Shown piece after piece: positions 44,860-64,000 of a DNA stretch of 64,000 nucleotides. The stretch lies in assembly GCF_947568905.1 (NCBI RefSeq), contig NC_079172.1, positions 50,530,001 through 50,594,000 on the forward strand, read 5' to 3'. A model generated the notes under the pieces. That model worked only from the letters and a program-made list of their open reading frames with translations, had not been told where the DNA came from and did no database searches. The stretch comes from Ostrea edulis. Taxonomy: Eukaryota. The position numbers and the translations under genes were made by a program. Numbering within the stretch: the first letter of the stretch is position 1; each line of letters opens with the position of its first letter.

Positions 44860-45290
44860 TAAGTAGTACAATATAGAGAGCTTTGCAAACAAGGATATCT
44901 GGATATACTAGAAGTGAGATCAGATGCCTAGGAGGAGTAAGCATCCCATGTCAACCTGTATAAGATAAACGAAGTAATCCGTCGTCAAAATATGTGTATC
45001 AAGTCAAGAACAACCTAACGATCGGTATGAAACAAGTCTCAGACAGCATTTGAGCCAGTGATAGCTTGTATTGGCAAACTATAGACCAATTATACAACGA
45101 CCATAGAATTTGTCAAATGCTGACTTTAAACGAGACTGTTGAAACTCCTGTTACCATCTTGCATGTCAATAGCTCATCTGATTTAAAAATTGATCATATG
45201 CAGAACGAACTCTTTCGTGTCAGTATAAATTGCGGCGTTTTACGCCAGCATACTTCATGAAGCCGCGTAGCTTGCAGGCGTGAAACATTG
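44860..45290 (+). mobile_element. Fragment of the Penelope-like dispersed repeat
   Basis: GAAGATAACTCCTATAAG...CCTAGGAGGAGTAAGCATCCC is shared with 26270-26450. Confidence 0.55.
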
Positions 45291-45477
45291 CTCCCCATAA
45301 GCACCGGCCCTCTTGTGTTTTCATTTAAATATCTTCATTTCTGACGAAATATTTCTAGCTGTTAAAATATAGTCGGACTATATTTTTTCAATATTCATAC
45401 ACACATTGTTCACATTCATGAGGAAAGAGTTAAATCACGATATCGAAGGTAAAACATTGGAAATGGAAATTGGTTGA

Positions 45478-48400
45478 TAACACCGCAGATATGTGAAAAT
45501 TCCGGTGAAATTGTGCCTTTGATGATACAAGCATGAAATTTGGCACACATTTAGGGCATACCATTACAACGAATTTTGGAGGTAGGGACATTCCATATTC
45601 CTCAAAGGGCTAAAATGGCGGCCATTTTACAAAATGGCGGCTATGAATTGCATATTTTGCCTCATAGTTCAGCCCTGTCATGTGTACTGAATATGAAATA
45701 CAATGCAGTGAGCATATTATCAACTGTTATGTACATACTATGCAATAACGTTTTAACTTCATTGGCTGGTAACAACTTACTAATATACCTATGTCATTTT
45801 GTTTCCTGTTTTCAAGTGATAATCCTAGTGCACAGTACCTTCTCTCATACACTGTACTTGCTTGGTGTTGGTTTCCAATTTGTATATTGACTAAATGTAG
45901 GTGGTGCATATTGCCTGAATGACAATGACCAATAAGCATTTGAAGCTTTTAGTCCCCAACAGCCCAGTACATCTGCAACAAACTTGTCTTACATGACAGA
46001 TTGAAACAAGTGTGTGTTATGTCAGGAAGACACTGCTGAGATCCTTTCCTGTCCACTTGATTCCAAGCGAAATACAGTCTAGATTCTTGAAGACAATATC
46101 CACAACTTCAGTCAGATCGGCTGCCTGCCAAAATCCGTAGAAAAGTCCCTCTGGACGATGGTGGGGTTATACAGTCCGAGTCCATCTTCCAGAACCAAAA
46201 CGCTAAGTTGCATGATTCATGCAGACTGAAGCATAACAAACCTGCACTGCATCGGACACAGATATGTAAACTAGTGAAGAATTGGAAAGTGTCTCAAAAC
46301 ATCAGAGTGTACATGTACACAGTTACTTCCTGGAAAGTGTTTCTTTTGTGACAAGCCAGTAAGTAACGATTCTCTGCGCAAAGCTTCCACCTTCCATCTT
46401 GATAAACTTGTCAGGGCAGCTGCTCTGAAATTAGGAAACAAGGCAGGGTTAAGGCTAACCCAAACCCTCTTGCTAAACTGAGACCTTATAGCACACGGTA
46501 CCTAGTGTCGAGTGACGTGTCTGTTCCCCTTGTATAACATAGCTAAGGTCACAAAGACAACAGTGGATGGTCAAGATGACATCAATCATGGTATAACACA
46601 TGGAAAACTGGTGGCCTACATTGATGATGCCTGCATGGATGCTCTTATGGCAAGCTGGTAAACCTGAAAAGACTGTACACCACTAGACTGGAACAACTTG
46701 GTACAGTCTCGACCAAACTCAAAGATCGAATCATGACATATTTCAAGACCTGAAGGAGCACATGTCCGGGCAATATATTCTGTTTGCTGTCAACCAGGAT
46801 GTTGACTCAGCCCTGCAGAGGACATATAAGCACGACGCTGACAGTGATAATTTGTCTTCCTAGAGCCGTAAACATAGTCCAAATAGGCATGTTGAAAATG
46901 ATGACACCTTTTGTGATTCATTTGAAACCCACTGCTAAGAAATGCCGGTTTCTTCTTCTCCTCTACCACTAGGTGGTATGATCTTGAATGGTCCTAACAT
47001 CCAAGTATTGAAGAGAAGTCAAGCCACTCATCTGTATCAACACCTACTCCCATAGTCTCACAACTTCTCATTTTCGACAGCTACGCACGCAGCCGAGAGA
47101 GTACCAGTAGTATCGAGTCTATCAGACACAGCCACAATTGGAAGACCCCCATGCATGTGTACCTGGACACTCTAATGCACATAACAACTCGGAAATGAAA
47201 CATGGTTGATGCTTTGTTCCACCTGGGTCTCTCGATCTCTTATAATAGGGTGCTGAGCATCTCCATGGATTTGGTGCGCAGGCTACCGCTTCGTCCAGAA
47301 GGAGGGTCCATTTTGCCCCCCTGGGCTGGGGAGATCAATTCACAAATGGGGCAATAAATAACTTTTGATCATAACCACAGTTCAAGAAGTGCTTGTTGAA
47401 GTCTCTGAGTATACATAATATTCTTACCGTACATCACATCTCAGCTACAGCATTCAAACATGGTAGATATTGTTTGCAACTTCCCAGACAGTTGGAAATA
47501 GACACCAGAAAGAGGGGTAAAGCATCAGGAGACGAGTTGAGCCATCTAGTTCCACCCCAGGGAACTGACAGGCCTTCCTCCGCATACATGAAAACAAGAT
47601 AGAATTATTTGCCTTCCTAGCAACTAGGATAGCAACCATGAAAACAGAGAAGCAAATCATCAGAACAAGCCACAAAGACATGCTTTGTATGCAACCATGA
47701 GGTGTTGCTGTAGGCTCCCTGTGCAGTCAGGAGGAGGCAGATACGAGAATACTACTCCATGCCCAAGATGCAGTGAGGCGGGGCTATACTAAGGTGTCAA
47801 TCTTCACATTGGACACATGTATTTGATCCTTGCAGTAACAACAGCTGGACATCGATAAACTTTGGGTTGCTTTGCCACAGGAAAGAATTTCTTGGCTGCC
47901 CGCAAAATGGCTATAGCACTGAACAAGTGCCGATAGTTGTCATTATTGCACACCTTCGCTGGGTATGATACCGTGGGAGGAGAAAACAATATGGGAAACA
48001 TGGAAACCCTGTACTGATGTCACTACAGCTTTCTGTGCATTAGTTGTTATGCCAAACCATTGCAGTTGTAAATGACCACATGGATTCACTGGAGTTTTTT
48101 GTTGGCCTGATCTACGATCGAACCAGCAGCCTAGAACATGTCAATGAGGCTTGCAAGCATCTCTTCAACCAGAGTGGCAGATCAATAGAGGCCATCCCAC
48201 GAACTCGAGAAGCTCTCAGTATATCAGAGAGCTGTCTACGAAACCGGCTTCTGTTGGGTACATGTACCGGTCAGTTGACGATTTCCATACCAGAGATCCC
48301 TTCGCCAAGTAAATAGGATTGTGTTCAGATTAATAATTACTGGGGTGTGTATAGGACAATCCTCCTGCAGACAACTGGGGCATACCGGCAATTTATTTTT

Positions 48401-48941
48401 AACATGTGAATGCAAGATGAGTTTCAGAGAACAGTGCGTTAAGGCCACATTCCAGTGTAGAGCTCTGTGCTACTGTGGAAGGGAGTATACAAGATTATTT
48501 ACAGGAGAGATTACAAACTTGTACACAATCATGTAGAATACTATATCACTTGGATCCAAGCCTTTTCTGTGCACTATATTTTATGTTAAAGTGACATATC
48601 CCGTTCATTTTCTTCGCGTTTCCTAAGTTTGTTTTTAAAAATTCAAAACTATTTTTGGTAAGAATGGCCAAATGAATGGTGTGTAAGCTTTGACACATTT
48701 AACTGGTTATGTGGAAAAAAGTCATTGATGTGACAAGTAAATATAGTTATATTGACATGGATCCTGTGTCGCATATTACTCGAAAATGGCCATTTTAACA
48801 GAATGACCGCCATTTTGGCCCAAGGAGAAATTTGGAATGTCCCTATATCCAAAACTCTTCCTAGCAGAATGCTCTATCAGTGTACCAAGTTTCATACTTG
48901 TATCACTAATAGCACAATCTTCCCACATATCTGCTGGGCTA
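45478..48941 (+). mobile_element. Academ (AcademX-type) DNA transposon, decayed
   Basis: Long imperfect TIRs TA(A/G)C..GCAGATATGTG / CACATATCTGCTGGGCTA; 3-bp TSD TGA (45475-45477, 48942-48944); remnants KCVLCQEDT, LLHTFAGYDTV (XPG/H3TH-like), YDRTSSLEHVNEACKHLF and a C-terminal Cys cluster CECK...CRALCYC. Confidence 0.8.
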
Positions 48942-49365
48942 TGATACATGCCTGACTTTTTAAACATTATATAGTTAGATTCTGTATATTTACCATGGAG
49001 ATCTTTTTAAACATTATAATTGTTAGATTCTGTTTATTTATCATGGAGATCTACTTTTTAAACACTATATAGTTAGATTTTGTATATCATAGAGATCTAA
49101 TTATGCTTGTTATTTGAAACAACAAGATATCGAGTGTAAAAGTAAGTGTAAAAAAGTCAATTTCGACGAGATCTTGATAATTGATAAGCACATCAGCTAT
49201 ATTTCTCTCTGATTTTGTACAAATATCCTTTGCAAATATTTTATTTATGTTGATTGTGCGAGACATCCGAGGAGTTCCGACCGGGATACTTGGAAATGCC
49301 CGAGAGGTTGCGACTGGAAAATCCGGTTTTGTCCGAAGAATATATTTCTTGTTATTCAGAAGCGA

Positions 49366-64000
<14,635 letters not shown>

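Overview
AT-rich animal genomic DNA, most likely an oyster (Ostreidae). This is inferred from Cg170-like satellite monomers inside a Helentron-type repeat and from oyster-type SINEs. About the first 49 kb is gene-poor and packed with nested transposons. (1) A 5'-truncated Gypsy element on the minus strand (794-7045) with an extra C2H2 zinc-finger ORF after integrase. (2) An LTR element encoding only gag and protease (9394-16743), whose 3' LTR is split by a long-TIR DNA transposon. (3) A decayed hAT element with 5-bp TSD (17556-21837) carrying an OTU/vertnin-like protease domain upstream of the transposase. (4) A very recent Gypsy insertion (37538-42103, identical 150-bp LTRs) interrupting an intronless orphan ORF that has a second, truncated copy at 7030-7380. 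(5) A decayed Academ element (45478-48941). Between these lies a two-exon gene for a small secreted peptide (25320-29129). The last 15 kb holds coding exons 1-11 of propionyl-CoA carboxylase alpha (PCCA, + strand), which continues past the window end and has nested repeats in its introns. There is one assembly gap (9165-9327). All calls come from reading the sequence; no database searches were run.
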